A stretch of DNA of 63,963 nt, the filler included, from Acidimicrobiia bacterium (lineage in GTDB: Bacteria; Actinomycetota; Acidimicrobiia; Spongiisociales; CAZKJJ01): NCBI GenBank assembly GCA_046759765.1. It is 3 parts of 3 records of this genome, joined end to end, with 100 filler letters (N's around TTAATTAATTAA, not from the genome) between each part and the next. Parts side by side here need not be neighbours in the genome. Positions count along the whole stretch, not along the records: positions 1 to 29,064 come from JBHICV010000016.1; 2 more parts are not named here. One strand, written 5' to 3'. Shown one piece after another: positions 10,172 through 22,990 of this stretch. Numbering within the stretch: position 1 is the first letter of the stretch; each line of letters begins with the position of its first letter. The position numbers and the translations under genes are program-made. The notes under the pieces are model-generated. The model was given only the letters and a program-made list of their open reading frames with translations. It was not told the origin of the DNA and did not search any database.

Positions 10172-10317
10172 CAAGAAAGCGCCTGGCCCCTCTCGGGGTG
10201 ACGAGGGAGAGGGAGTATCGAACCATTCGGCGGATGCCCTCTCGGCTTCCCACGGTCGTAACGGAATGAGCAAAAGCCGGGGGTAACCCCGGCCACAGAG
10301 ATCCTTCCGATGTGGGC
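10172..10317 (+). ncRNA. glmS ribozyme (GlcN6P-activated self-cleaving riboswitch)
   Basis: Conserved core A^GCGCCUGG, a short P1 (CCCC/GGGG), UGACGAGG, P2 GAGAGGG/CCCUCUC, UAUCGAA...UUCGGCGGAUG, hairpin GCCGGGG-GUAA-CCCCGGC and CCCAC/GUGGG pseudoknot pairing; lies in the 5' UTR of glmS. Confidence 0.92.
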
Positions 10318-10368
10318 GGCACTGACGCGTGCCGTTCGTATCCCGGTCACTACGAGAAGGGAGTCGCT

Positions 10369-12192
<1,824 letters not shown>

Positions 12193-12215
12193 GGAACCCC
12201 CTCCGCCTCGCCCGA

Positions 12216-12335
12216 CCCCCTCCGGCCCTTCCGGCCACCTCCCCCCAGGACGCGGTGCTTCGCCCCGCTTCTGCCTCCCACAGAGAACCCCCTCCGGCCC
12301 TTCGGGCTCCCTCCCCCAGCGAGCTGGAGGAGGGA
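12216..12335 (+). repeat. Two REP-like direct repeats CCCCCTCCGGCCCTTC(C/G)GG...CCTCCCCC
   Basis: Copies at about 12216-12246 and 12288-12317, each with a GGCCCTTCGGGC-type hairpin; the second closes with a GGAGGAGGG arm. Confidence 0.7.
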
Positions 12336-12379
12336 AGGGCGGGGGTTAGGAGAAGGGCCCGTCCCTAGTCTGGAGCACC

Positions 12380-12751
12380 ATGCGGATAATTGGGCTCGGG
12401 ACCGATCTCGCCGAGATCGAAAGGGTGGCCCGGATTCTGGAGGCCTACCCGAGGTTCGCCGAACGTTGTTTCACGGACCATGAGCAGGCCTACGCGGCGC
12501 GGTTCGCCAACCCCGCCCGTCGCTACGCGGCGCGGTTCGCGGGGAAGGAGGCCGTGATGAAAAGCCTGGGCACCGGATGGCGTCGAGTTCGCTGGCGCGA
12601 TATCGAGATCACCGGAGGCGGTCAGCCTCGGGTTCGCCTCTTCGGCACCGGCCAGAGCCGCGCCGACATACTCGGCGTCTCCGAAGTCCACGTCTCGATC
12701 ACGCACACCGACACGACGGCGATGGTCTTCGCGATCGCGGTTGGGGAGTGA
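12380..12751 (+). CDS. acpS: Holo-[acyl-carrier-protein] synthase
   Basis: GLGTDL, FTDHE, ARFAGKEAVMKSLG, HVSITH. Confidence 0.95.
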   Translation: MRIIGLGTDLAEIERVARILEAYPRFAERCFTDHEQAYAARFANPARRYAARFAGKEAVMKSLGTGWRRVRWRDIEITGGGQPRVRLFGTGQSRADILGVSEVHVSITHTDTTAMVFAIAVGE

Positions 12752-12789
12752 CTGCGGGCCGTTTGGCCCGGGCCGTTACGATTCGGAAA

Positions 12790-12845
12790 GTGACACCCGA
12801 GGAGCGCTTCTTCTTTGACATCTCCGGCTATCTGGTCCTCCCAAG
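12790..12845 (+). pseudogene. Possible N-terminal remnant of a phytanoyl-CoA dioxygenase family gene
   Basis: GTG TPEERFFFDISGYLVLP resembles PhyH-family N-termini; the similarity stops after about 18 codons. Confidence 0.4.
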
Positions 12846-12953
12846 GATCTGCCGCGGAAGGTCGAGGGGGCACTCACAGCTCGGCAGCGGAGACTGGTCG
12901 AGCCGCCGTACGTTGGTTACCGACAGCCTGTCGCGCAGTAGCTTGGACGCCTG

Positions 12954-14372
12954 ATGCAGCCGGTCATCACCTCCGCTCAGGCCGCCTCCTGGGATGCCCG
13001 GTCGGAGACTCCCGTTACCGATCTGATGGAGCGTGCCGGAATGGCCGTGGCCATCGGCGCAGCCGAGCTCGGGGCTTCCTACGGGCGGCGGGTAATAGTC
13101 CTGGCCGGGCCGGGCAACAATGGCGGCGACGGGTACGTCGCGGCCAAGCATCTGAAGCGCCGCGGAGCGGCAGTTGAGGTACTCGCGCTGGCAGAGCCCA
13201 AAACCGATGCTTCCCGCTGGGCGCGTAGTCAGGCACACGCCGCGCGAGTCCCGATTTCGCCTTGGAGGGCACCCAAGGAGGGCCCGGTGCCCGACCTGAT
13301 CGTCGATGCTCTTTTCGGCGCGGGCTTTCGTGGCGTTCTGGGCGAGGAGACTCTGCCCTGGACCACGGCAAACGTCCCCGTGGTCTCCGTTGACGTTCCT
13401 AGCGGCCTCGACGCCACGAGCGGAACCGCAGAGGGGCCCACCTTCGCGGCCGATCTGACGGTGACCTTCGCCGCTCTCAAAGTCGGGCACCTTCTCGGTA
13501 TCGGGCCCGAGTGCTCGGGAAGGGTGACGATCGCCGACATCGGCCTGAGTCCGGGCTCCTTTGAATTCGCCCTCTGTGAGGAATCGGACGCGCCACGACC
13601 CACGCGACCTCGCGCCGGCCACAAGTGGTCGGTTGGTTCTGTCATGCTGGCCGGCGGGTCGCCGGGAATCTCAGGAGCTCTCTGGCTGGCTGCCCGTTCG
13701 GCCCTCAGAGCCGGGGCTGGCGCGGTCCGGATGGCCCTGCCGGGGGCCCTCGAAGCCGCTTTCTCCGCGCCGGAGCTCATGACCCTCGGAGTAGGCGCCT
13801 CGGACAGGTTCTCGGAGGCTGACGCCGACACGGTGCTGCAAGCCGCCGGTCGCTTTGATGTCCTCGTAGTAGGCCCCGGCTTGGGCGATAGCCAAGAGGG
13901 CTTCGTTGGCAGCATCGTCGAGAGACGCGTTGGACCGCTTCTGCTCGACGCCGATGCCCTCAACGCTATTTCGGATCCCTCGATCCTCACGCAGAGAACC
14001 GAATCGACCGTAATCACCCCCCACGCGGGCGAGTTCGCGCGTATCACCGGAAGTGAGGCGAGCTACGCGTCGGCCGCCGACCTGGCCCGATCCACCGGAG
14101 CCGTCGTGCTGTTGAAGGGCTCGCCGACCTTTGTCGCGGGCGAAGACCTGTGGGTCGTCACCAGTGGCGGTCCCGAGCTGGCCACTATTGGAACGGGCGA
14201 CGTTCTGGCCGGGATGGTGGCAGCTTTGTGGGCGAGGGGATTGGAGGGAGAAGCAGCAACTCGATCGGCCGCCTACTGGCACGGACGTGCCGGTTCTCAT
14301 CTCGCCCGGCGGGGCACCGTTACCTCGGAGGCCCTAGCCGAAGAAATCCGGGCCTGGGCTTGGCCCGAATGA
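12954..14372 (+). CDS. nnr: Bifunctional NAD(P)H-hydrate epimerase/dehydratase
   Basis: LMERAG, GPGNNGGDG, VDALFGAG, DVPSG, DADAL, TPHAGE, GTGDVLAG. Confidence 0.93.
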   Translation: MQPVITSAQAASWDARSETPVTDLMERAGMAVAIGAAELGASYGRRVIVLAGPGNNGGDGYVAAKHLKRRGAAVEVLALAEPKTDASRWARSQAHAARVPISPWRAPKEGPVPDLIVDALFGAGFRGVLGEETLPWTTANVPVVSVDVPSGLDATSGTAEGPTFAADLTVTFAALKVGHLLGIGPECSGRVTIADIGLSPGSFEFALCEESDAPRPTRPRAGHKWSVGSVMLAGGSPGISGALWLAARSALRAGAGAVRMALPGALEAAFSAPELMTLGVGASDRFSEADADTVLQAAGRFDVLVVGPGLGDSQEGFVGSIVERRVGPLLLDADALNAISDPSILTQRTESTVITPHAGEFARITGSEASYASAADLARSTGAVVLLKGSPTFVAGEDLWVVTSGGPELATIGTGDVLAGMVAALWARGLEGEAATRSAAYWHGRAGSHLARRGTVTSEALAEEIRAWAWPE

Positions 14373-15466
14373 GGCCTACCTGGGCAGAAATCGACCTCGA
14401 GGCCATCTCGGCCAATGTGCAGACTCTCTCCAAAGTGGCAGCTCCAGCCCGGCTGTGCGCAGTCGTGAAAGCGGACGGGTACGGCCACGGCGACGTCCCT
14501 GTAGCTGATGCGGCGCTCTCCGCCGGCGCCGATTACTTGGCCGTTGCCCTGGTGGAAGAGGGAGTGAGGCTGCGCGACGCCGGGATAGTGGCGCCGATAC
14601 TCCTGCTCTCAGAGCCTCCGCTGTCTGATGCGCCGGAGCTGTTTGCGCACGACCTGATCCCTACGATCTACACGCAGAGGTTCCTCGACGCAGTAGCTGA
14701 CGCAACAACACATGTCCGAAGGGTGCACGTCAAAGTCGACACCGGCATGCATCGAGTAGGAGCAGATCCCGAAAGCGCACTGGACCTCGCCACCCAGATT
14801 GCATCCTCAGACAACCTCTCTCTCGAAGGCGTGTGGACGCACTTTCCTGTGGCGGACACTGATCCCGAGTTCACGTTCTCCCAGATAGGCCGCTTCGGGG
14901 AATTCGTGGCGGCTCTGCAGGAGCAGGGAATCAGACCGGACATCATTCACGCCGCCAACACGCCCGGGACGCTGCTGCATCCCCAGTCCCACTTCGACAT
15001 GGTCCGGACCGGATTGGGTATCTACGGGCTCCGGCCTAAGCCAGAGGACGCTCCGGACGTCGAGCTGCGACCGGCGATGCGGGTCGTCTCACACGTGGCG
15101 CTGGTTCGGTCGTACCCGGCCGGGACGCGATTCTCCTACGGGCTCCAGCGTTCTCTTCCCGACGACGCCTGGGTCGCCACCGTCCCGGTCGGCTACGCCG
15201 ATGGGATCTGGCGACCGTATGCGGAGGTGGGAGGAGAGGTGCTCATTTCTGGTCGGCGGCGCCCGCTGGCGGGATCGGTCACGATGGACCAGATCATGGT
15301 GGACTGTGGGCGCGAGCGGGTTCCAGAGGGTTCCGAGGTGGTGCTTCTCGGTACGCAGGGCGACGAGGAGATCACGGCCGACGAGTGGGCGAGTCGCCTT
15401 GGGACCATCAACTATGAGGTGGTCTGCCGGATCGGGCCCAGAATGCCTCGACGCTATCTCCGATGA
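14369..15466 (+). CDS. alr: Alanine racemase
   Basis: MRPTWAEIDL, AVVKADGYGHG, KVDTGMHRVG, GYADG, TMDQ, GTINYE. Confidence 0.97.
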   Translation: MRPTWAEIDLEAISANVQTLSKVAAPARLCAVVKADGYGHGDVPVADAALSAGADYLAVALVEEGVRLRDAGIVAPILLLSEPPLSDAPELFAHDLIPTIYTQRFLDAVADATTHVRRVHVKVDTGMHRVGADPESALDLATQIASSDNLSLEGVWTHFPVADTDPEFTFSQIGRFGEFVAALQEQGIRPDIIHAANTPGTLLHPQSHFDMVRTGLGIYGLRPKPEDAPDVELRPAMRVVSHVALVRSYPAGTRFSYGLQRSLPDDAWVATVPVGYADGIWRPYAEVGGEVLISGRRRPLAGSVTMDQIMVDCGRERVPEGSEVVLLGTQGDEEITADEWASRLGTINYEVVCRIGPRMPRRYLR

Positions 15467-16368
15467 CGCTCACTTCTGTCCCCGGTGTGGAGGTGGGCCA
15501 CTGGACTGATCGGAAGGCACGGACCGGCTGCACGGTGGTCCTGTTGCCGGAGCCCAACGTGGCCGCGGTGGAGATCCGCGGGGCTGCGCCCGGGTCCCGG
15601 GAAACCGCTCTCCTGGAACCAGGCATGAAGGTGGAGCAGATTCAGGCCATCTTTCTAACGGGCGGAAGCGCCTATGGGCTGGCGGCGGCTGATGGCGTGG
15701 TTGCCCGGCTCGAGCAGCACGGCCGCGGCCATCCCACTCTGTCGGGCGTTGTGCCCATTGTGCCGGCGGCAGTCGTCTACGACCTCCATCTCGGCAACCG
15801 GCCCTTACGACCTGGTCCAGAGCAAGGGGCGACGGCGTTCGACCAGGCCAGCGGAGGCCCTGTCGAGCATGGAAATGTGGGTGCGGGCACGGGAGCCACG
15901 GTGGCCGGCTGGCGCGGATTCGACAATGTGCGTTGGGGAGGCATCGGCTCCGTATCGATGGCCGTCGGCCACGCGACTCTCGGCGCGCTCGTAGTCGTGA
16001 ACGGCGTGGGTGATGTATTCACTCTGGCTGGGGAGCCCTTGACAGGCGGAAGTGCGGAAACAGGACCACCGGCCATGGAGGCCAACCCGTCCGAGAACAC
16101 GACGCTCGTAGTCCTAGCCACCGATGCCCGTCTCGTCCGCACCGATCTGATGCGGCTTGCCGTTCGAGCACAAGACGCCATTGCGACCTGTCTGCGGCCC
16201 AGCCACACCCGATATGATGGCGACGCCGCATTCGCAGTCTCCTGCGGGGCCGCCGAGGCCGACCTGGATGCGCTGGGGGAAGCGGCATACGTGAGTTGTG
16301 GGCGGGCTATCGAGGCAGCTTTGCGGGCTGCCGACCGTGGCAATCCCCTGGATGAGGTGCGCGAGTGA
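15463..16368 (+). CDS. P1/S58 (DmpA-like) peptidase
   Basis: VGH..TGCTV, RGAAPGSRET, GGSAYGL, GNVGAGTGA, NTT, HTRYDGD. Confidence 0.9.
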   Translation: MTLTSVPGVEVGHWTDRKARTGCTVVLLPEPNVAAVEIRGAAPGSRETALLEPGMKVEQIQAIFLTGGSAYGLAAADGVVARLEQHGRGHPTLSGVVPIVPAAVVYDLHLGNRPLRPGPEQGATAFDQASGGPVEHGNVGAGTGATVAGWRGFDNVRWGGIGSVSMAVGHATLGALVVVNGVGDVFTLAGEPLTGGSAETGPPAMEANPSENTTLVVLATDARLVRTDLMRLAVRAQDAIATCLRPSHTRYDGDAAFAVSCGAAEADLDALGEAAYVSCGRAIEAALRAADRGNPLDEVRE

Positions 16369-16979
16369 CTGAGACGAGCTTCGTCGAGCAGCTCTCGGAG
16401 CTCGAGCGGATCGCTGCCGTTTGCACCGACTGCCGGCTCTGCGAGTCGCGGACACAGGTCGTGTTTGGAGACGGCTCTCCCACGGCCGACATCATGTTCA
16501 TCGGCGAGGGTCCGGGATACCACGAGGACCAGCAGGGAATCCCGTTCGTGGGAGCCGCGGGACAGCTCCTGAATCGGCTACTTGATGAAGTAGGCCTAGC
16601 TCGAGAACAGTGCTACATCGCCAACGTCGTGAAGTGCCGTCCCCCCGGCAACCGCGACCCGCGCCAGGACGAGATCGACGCCTGCAAGCACTACCTCGCC
16701 GATCAGATTCGATTGATCGACCCGAAGGTCGTCGTGACGTTGGGCAACTTCTCCAGCAAGCTGCTTCTCAAGGAGGACTCCGGGATCAGCCGGCTGCGAG
16801 GGCGCCCTTTCAACTGGTGGAACCGAATCGTTGTTCCTACCTACCACCCCGCAGCCGCGCTGCGGGGAGGAGCCGGGACGCTGGATGCGATTCGAGAGGA
16901 CCTGGCGCTCGTCATATCGATCGCGGAGAGACCAGCAGAAGTCGAGGCGGAGCCGGAGCAACTCGGGCTCTTCGGATGA
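16365..16979 (+). CDS. udg: Uracil-DNA glycosylase family 4 (Fe-S)
   Basis: CTDCRL, GEGPG..ED..G.PFVG, NVVKCRPPGNR, TYHPAA. Confidence 0.93.
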   Translation: MTETSFVEQLSELERIAAVCTDCRLCESRTQVVFGDGSPTADIMFIGEGPGYHEDQQGIPFVGAAGQLLNRLLDEVGLAREQCYIANVVKCRPPGNRDPRQDEIDACKHYLADQIRLIDPKVVVTLGNFSSKLLLKEDSGISRLRGRPFNWWNRIVVPTYHPAAALRGGAGTLDAIREDLALVISIAERPAEVEAEPEQLGLFG

Positions 16980-17431
16980 ACCTGGTCTTTCGCAGCGAGA
17001 GCGAGGTGGACACGCGGGCGCTCGGGCGCCGATTGGCCAGTTTTCTGCGGCCGAACGACGTCATCGCGCTTTGCGGTGAGTTGGGATCGGGCAAGACTGC
17101 CTTTGCCGCCGGGTTGGCCGAGGGGCTCGGTATTTCCGAACGCGTAACCAGCCCGAGCTTCATCCTCTCGCGCCGCTATGACGGCGGGTTCATGCCCCTA
17201 GTCCACGCCGACGTATACCGGCTGACCTCGATGGCAGAGTTCGATGACCTGGGTGTGTTCGAGGAGGCAAGGGATGCAGTGCTGGTTGTCGAATGGGGAG
17301 ATGCGGTGATGCCCGAGCTGCCTTCTGATCAGCTGACGATGGAGATCCAGGTGGTCGACGAGAGCACACGCATCTTGCGACTATTCCCCCGGGGTCGGTG
17401 GGCGGAAAGGCCATTGGAGGAGCTCGGATGA
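16976..17431 (+). CDS. tsaE: tRNA t6A biosynthesis ATPase
   Basis: GELGSGKT, VTSPSF, HADVYR, VEWG. Confidence 0.95.
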   Translation: MNLVFRSESEVDTRALGRRLASFLRPNDVIALCGELGSGKTAFAAGLAEGLGISERVTSPSFILSRRYDGGFMPLVHADVYRLTSMAEFDDLGVFEEARDAVLVVEWGDAVMPELPSDQLTMEIQVVDESTRILRLFPRGRWAERPLEELG

Positions 17432-18150
17432 CCAGGCTGCTGGCGCTGGAGACGGCGACTCCCGCCTCGTCAGTCGCCCTCGGAGAAGGCCCCGACCTGG
17501 TCGCGTCGTCGATCAGGGTTGATGCCCGAGGACATGAGGCATTTTTGATTTCCGCCGTTGACTTCTGCTTCGACCAGTCCGGATGGCAGCCCTCCGAGCT
17601 CGACGCCGTGATCGTCGACATAGGACCTGGTCTCTATACCGGAATACGGGTCGGGCTGGCTACGGCGCAAGGGCTGGCGGCGGCGCTCGGCGTGCCGATC
17701 ATCACGGTCAGCTCCCTAGATGCCATCGCGTTACGCGCTGCCACCCGAAGGCGTGATATCTGGGCCATAGTCGACGTGAGGAGAGGAGAGCTTGCGGCGG
17801 CGGAGTATCGACCTCTACCCGGAGGTGTTGTCCGGGAAGGCTCGCCGGAGCTCACGAACCCTGATGCTCTGCGAGGGGTGCTGGAGTCCGCTCCCGAAGA
17901 GATCCTGCTGGTGGGAGACACCGAAGCTCTACCAGACGGCTTCACGAGCGGGCTCCATCGCGTCAAGACGGGGCGGCCTCGATATCCGACCCCCGATGCC
18001 TTGCTCGAGCTGGGCGCCGGCAAGCTCGAACGGGGCGAAGAACTGAGTCCCTCCGAAGTACGGCCTTTCTACTTGCGCGAGCCCGATGTGACGATCAACT
18101 GGCAGCTGCTGCGGGAAGAGGGTCCGTGGCAAGGGTGGGAAAGCCCGTGA
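17428..18150 (+). CDS. tsaB: tRNA t6A biosynthesis protein TsaB
   Basis: LALETAT, GPGLYTGIRVG, PFYLR. Confidence 0.95.
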   Translation: MTRLLALETATPASSVALGEGPDLVASSIRVDARGHEAFLISAVDFCFDQSGWQPSELDAVIVDIGPGLYTGIRVGLATAQGLAAALGVPIITVSSLDAIALRAATRRRDIWAIVDVRRGELAAAEYRPLPGGVVREGSPELTNPDALRGVLESAPEEILLVGDTEALPDGFTSGLHRVKTGRPRYPTPDALLELGAGKLERGEELSPSEVRPFYLREPDVTINWQLLREEGPWQGWESP

Positions 18151-18632
18151 CTCGTCTCCGCCCAATGAGGAGGAGCGATCTGGCGGCGGCCATGAAGATC
18201 GAACGGGCGGTCTATCCGGAGCCGTGGCCCGAGCGTGTCTTCTCGGAGGAGCTCGGAGGTGCGGACCGCTCCTACATCGTGGCGGAGGACGCGAGCCAGC
18301 TGGTCGGCTATGCAGGCTTTGTGAAGCTGGGAGAAGACGCGCATGTGACGACCATCACGGTCACTGCCGACCGTCACAGCGAGGGAATCGGTACAGAGCT
18401 GATGCTGGCCCTGGTCGATGAGGCCCTTGCCCATGGTGCCGAGAACCTGACACTCGAAGTGCGGGTCTCCAACGATCGCGCCCAGGCTCTATACCGGCGG
18501 TTCGGATTAGCGCCGGTTGGGATCCGACGGCAGTACTACCGCTCGGAGGATGCATTGGTCATGTGGGCCGAGGGGATTGACCAGCCCTCCTATCGCGAGC
18601 GTCTTCAGCGCATTCGAGAGGGAGCCGCATGA
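18147..18632 (+). CDS. rimI: Ribosomal-protein-alanine N-acetyltransferase
   Basis: LEVRVSN..A..LY..FG...G.R..YY...EDAL.M; located between tsaB and tsaD. Confidence 0.93.
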   Translation: MTRLRPMRRSDLAAAMKIERAVYPEPWPERVFSEELGGADRSYIVAEDASQLVGYAGFVKLGEDAHVTTITVTADRHSEGIGTELMLALVDEALAHGAENLTLEVRVSNDRAQALYRRFGLAPVGIRRQYYRSEDALVMWAEGIDQPSYRERLQRIREGAA

Positions 18633-19639
18633 GCGGCCCGACCATGCTCGCCTTCGAGACCAGCTGCGACGAAACAGCCGTCGCCGTCGTCAGAGGCACC
18701 GAGGCGCTCTCCAACGTGCTCTCTTCCCAAGTCGAGGCGCACGCCCGCTTTGGCGGGGTGGTTCCCGAAGTAGCGGCTCGCGCTCATGTCGAGGCCATCC
18801 GGGCACTGACCCACCGAGCCATACAGCAGGCCGGTGTCCATCCGGATGAGCTCGAAGGGGTGGCGGCGACGCAGGGGCCCGGATTGGTCGGGGCTCTGCT
18901 CGTGGGTTTCTCGTTCGCCAAGGCGACAGCTTGGGCACGGCGTCTGCCCTTCGTCGGCATCGACCACATGGAGGGCCATCTGTTCGCTCCCCGCCTGGAG
19001 CACTCGGAGTTCGAGCCACCGGCCGTGGTGCTGCTGGCCTCCGGCGGTCACAGTCAGATCGTTCACGTCGAGGACTGGGGGTCCTATCACGTGCTCGGCC
19101 AGACCATCGACGACGCCGCCGGGGAGGCGTTCGACAAGATCGGCCGTTTTATGGGCCTCGGCTTTCCCGGTGGTCCGGCAATCGACGCCGCTTCAGAGGG
19201 CGGAGACCCCGACTTCCACCGCTTTCCCCGCGCCCTCGAGGACCGGCGTTATGACGTCTCGTTCTCTGGACTGAAGACCTCGGTCGTGAGCTTCATCCGC
19301 AAAGCACAGGCCGAAGGAGCCCTCCCTTCGCAGGCCGACGTGGCGGCCTCGGTTCAGGAAGCGATCGTCGATGTCTTGGTTGCGCGGACGATGAATGCCG
19401 TCGAGGACACCGGGGTCGAGGTGATCGGAGGCGGAGGAGGAGTGCTGGCCAACCGTAGGCTCCGAGCTCGCCTCTCGGAGGAAGCCGACCGGCGCGGCGC
19501 GGGTCTCTTCCTGCCGCGGGCGGAGCTTTGTACCGACAATGCCGCCATGATCGGCGCGGCGGCCGCGCATTGGCTGGCGGAAGGAAGAGTGACGGCCTGG
19601 GACAGCAACGTTGATGCTTCGATGTCTCTGGAGGCTTGA
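18629..19639 (+). CDS. tsaD: tRNA N6-adenosine threonylcarbamoyltransferase
   Basis: [48 protein letters not shown]. Confidence 0.97.
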   Translation: MSGPTMLAFETSCDETAVAVVRGTEALSNVLSSQVEAHARFGGVVPEVAARAHVEAIRALTHRAIQQAGVHPDELEGVAATQGPGLVGALLVGFSFAKATAWARRLPFVGIDHMEGHLFAPRLEHSEFEPPAVVLLASGGHSQIVHVEDWGSYHVLGQTIDDAAGEAFDKIGRFMGLGFPGGPAIDAASEGGDPDFHRFPRALEDRRYDVSFSGLKTSVVSFIRKAQAEGALPSQADVAASVQEAIVDVLVARTMNAVEDTGVEVIGGGGGVLANRRLRARLSEEADRRGAGLFLPRAELCTDNAAMIGAAAAHWLAEGRVTAWDSNVDASMSLEA

Positions 19640-19690
19640 GCCGTCAGCACTCAGCTGTCAGCCGTCAGTTCCGACTGATAGCTGATTAGC
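19640..19690. repeat. Heptamer-periodic palindromic repeat, copy 3
   Basis: gccgtcagcactcagctgtcagccgtcagTTCCGACTGATagctgattagc, right after the tsaD stop. Confidence 0.8.
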
Positions 19691-19712
19691 AGTCTTCATA
19701 TACGAGTGCTAA
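19686..19712 (+). promoter_or_regulatory. CIRCE element 1 (HrcA operator)
   Basis: TTAGCAGTC-N9-GAGTGCTAA versus consensus TTAGCACTC-N9-GAGTGCTAA (1 mismatch). Confidence 0.92.
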
Positions 19713-19718
19713 TCTATT

Positions 19719-19745
19719 CTGGCGCTCTCGAGGTGAGAGTGCTAA
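19719..19745 (+). promoter_or_regulatory. CIRCE element 2 (HrcA operator)
   Basis: CTGGCGCTC-N9-GAGTGCTAA, upstream of groES. Confidence 0.88.
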
Positions 19746-19769
19746 ACGCGAGTAGAGGGGGAAACCCGT

Positions 19770-21697
<1,928 letters not shown>

Positions 21698-21717
21698 GGG
21701 ATAACCTAAAGAAGAGT

Positions 21718-21747
21718 GAAGGGGCCCGAGTGGGCCCCTTCTTCCTT
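21718..21747. terminator. Intrinsic terminator hairpin, possibly bidirectional
   Basis: GAAGGGGCCC-gagt-GGGCCCCTTC followed by a pyrimidine tract, between convergent genes. Confidence 0.8.
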
Positions 21748-22351
21748 ATGCGGGAACCTCGACCCACTCCCGGTACCGGTCGGCATCCTTCCGATACTCG
21801 TTCTCCAGCAGACCCCACACGCTGTGATCAAGCCACTCTCCCTTGACTTTGATCTCCTCGCGCAAGAGGCCTTCGCGCGTAAAGCCGAGTTTCTCGGCGA
21901 CGCGCTCGGAGGAGCGGTTGCCTACCGCGATGCGCAAGATCACACGGTGAAGATTCAGCTCGTCGAATGCGATCGGAAGAGCTCGCGCGGCGGCTTCGGT
22001 GGCCAGCCCGCGAGTGGTGGAGTCGGTACGGACCCAGTAGCCGATCTCGCCGATCCGGTACGCCTTCGATACATACCAAAGCGAGACGTTGCCCATATGG
22101 TGCTCGGGTGAGTCGCGTAGCCGCAATGCGAAGTCGTACGCCTGACCATCCCGCCAGGAGGCTTGACTTTCCCGAATGAAGCGCAGCGCGTCTGATTTTC
22201 TGTAGTTCAACTGTGCCCACGGCAGCCAGTCGTGTAGCTCATGTAGGGAGGCCATCACTGCTTCATACAGTGCATCCGCGTCCCGGCGCCGGAAGGATCT
22301 CAGTTGCAGGCGCCGAGATAAACGCGGCTGCGTGGACAGCGACATCCGCAC
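21746..22351 (-). CDS. RimJ/RimL-family GNAT N-acetyltransferase
   Basis: L..WLPW, EIGYWV, GLATEA, N..S.RVAEKLGFTREG, WLDH. Confidence 0.9.
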   Translation of the reverse strand: MRMSLSTQPRLSRRLQLRSFRRRDADALYEAVMASLHELHDWLPWAQLNYRKSDALRFIRESQASWRDGQAYDFALRLRDSPEHHMGNVSLWYVSKAYRIGEIGYWVRTDSTTRGLATEAAARALPIAFDELNLHRVILRIAVGNRSSERVAEKLGFTREGLLREEIKVKGEWLDHSVWGLLENEYRKDADRYREWVEVPA

Positions 22352-22377
22352 AGCTTACGCAGCCGTAGCATGTTGAC

Positions 22378-22923
22378 GTGAGCGGTCTTTGGGATCTTCC
22401 CGGCGTTCTTCCCAACTTGCCGCCAAGTGAGGGAGAACCCCGCGCCGCTGTTCTCGTGCCACTGTATGAGCGCAACGGCGAGCTCCATACGATCCTCACC
22501 AAGCGTCCGATGCACATGCCGACTCATGCCGGAGATCTCGCCTTCCCGGGTGGCAAGCCGGATCCCCGCGACGATGGACCCGTCTCCACCGCACTCAGAG
22601 AGGCATCGGAGGAGGTCGGGATCGAGCCCGAATCGGTCGAGGTGATCGGGTTCCTGCGTCCTATCCACACCGTCGCCTATGAACGAATGGTGGTTCCAGT
22701 AGTTGGGCGTCTGCCCAGGCGACCAGCCCTTCAGATCGATGCCACTGAGGTCGAGGCGGTCCTCGAAGCGCCTCTGGGGCCGTTCTTCTCGGACGACAAC
22801 TGGCGTTTCGAGACCTGGCAGGGGCACCGGATTTTCTTCTTCGACCTGGACGACGAGGTGTTGTGGGGAGCGACGGCCGCAATGGTGCGGAGGCTGGTCG
22901 GTTTGGACGATGATCACCCGTAG
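22378..22923 (+). CDS. CoA pyrophosphatase (Nudix, NudL type)
   Basis: AAVLVPL, LTKR..HAG..AFPGGK, ALREASEEVG, LWGATA. Confidence 0.9.
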   Translation: MSGLWDLPGVLPNLPPSEGEPRAAVLVPLYERNGELHTILTKRPMHMPTHAGDLAFPGGKPDPRDDGPVSTALREASEEVGIEPESVEVIGFLRPIHTVAYERMVVPVVGRLPRRPALQIDATEVEAVLEAPLGPFFSDDNWRFETWQGHRIFFFDLDDEVLWGATAAMVRRLVGLDDDHP

Positions 22924-22990
22924 GAAGCTGTCAGCCGTCAGCAGTCAGCCGTCAGTTGTTTTCCGACTGATAACTGATAGCTGATAGCTA
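22924..22990. repeat. Heptamer-periodic palindromic repeat, copy 4
   Basis: gaagctgtcagccgtcagcagtcagccgtcagttgt TTCCGACTGAT aactgatagctgatagc, between convergent genes. Confidence 0.85.

Noticed and set aside
10312..10368. N-terminal extension of GlmS in the ORF track
   Set aside because: GlmS needs Cys at position 2; the real start is GTG 10369 after an SD, and the extension begins within the ribozyme's 3' end.
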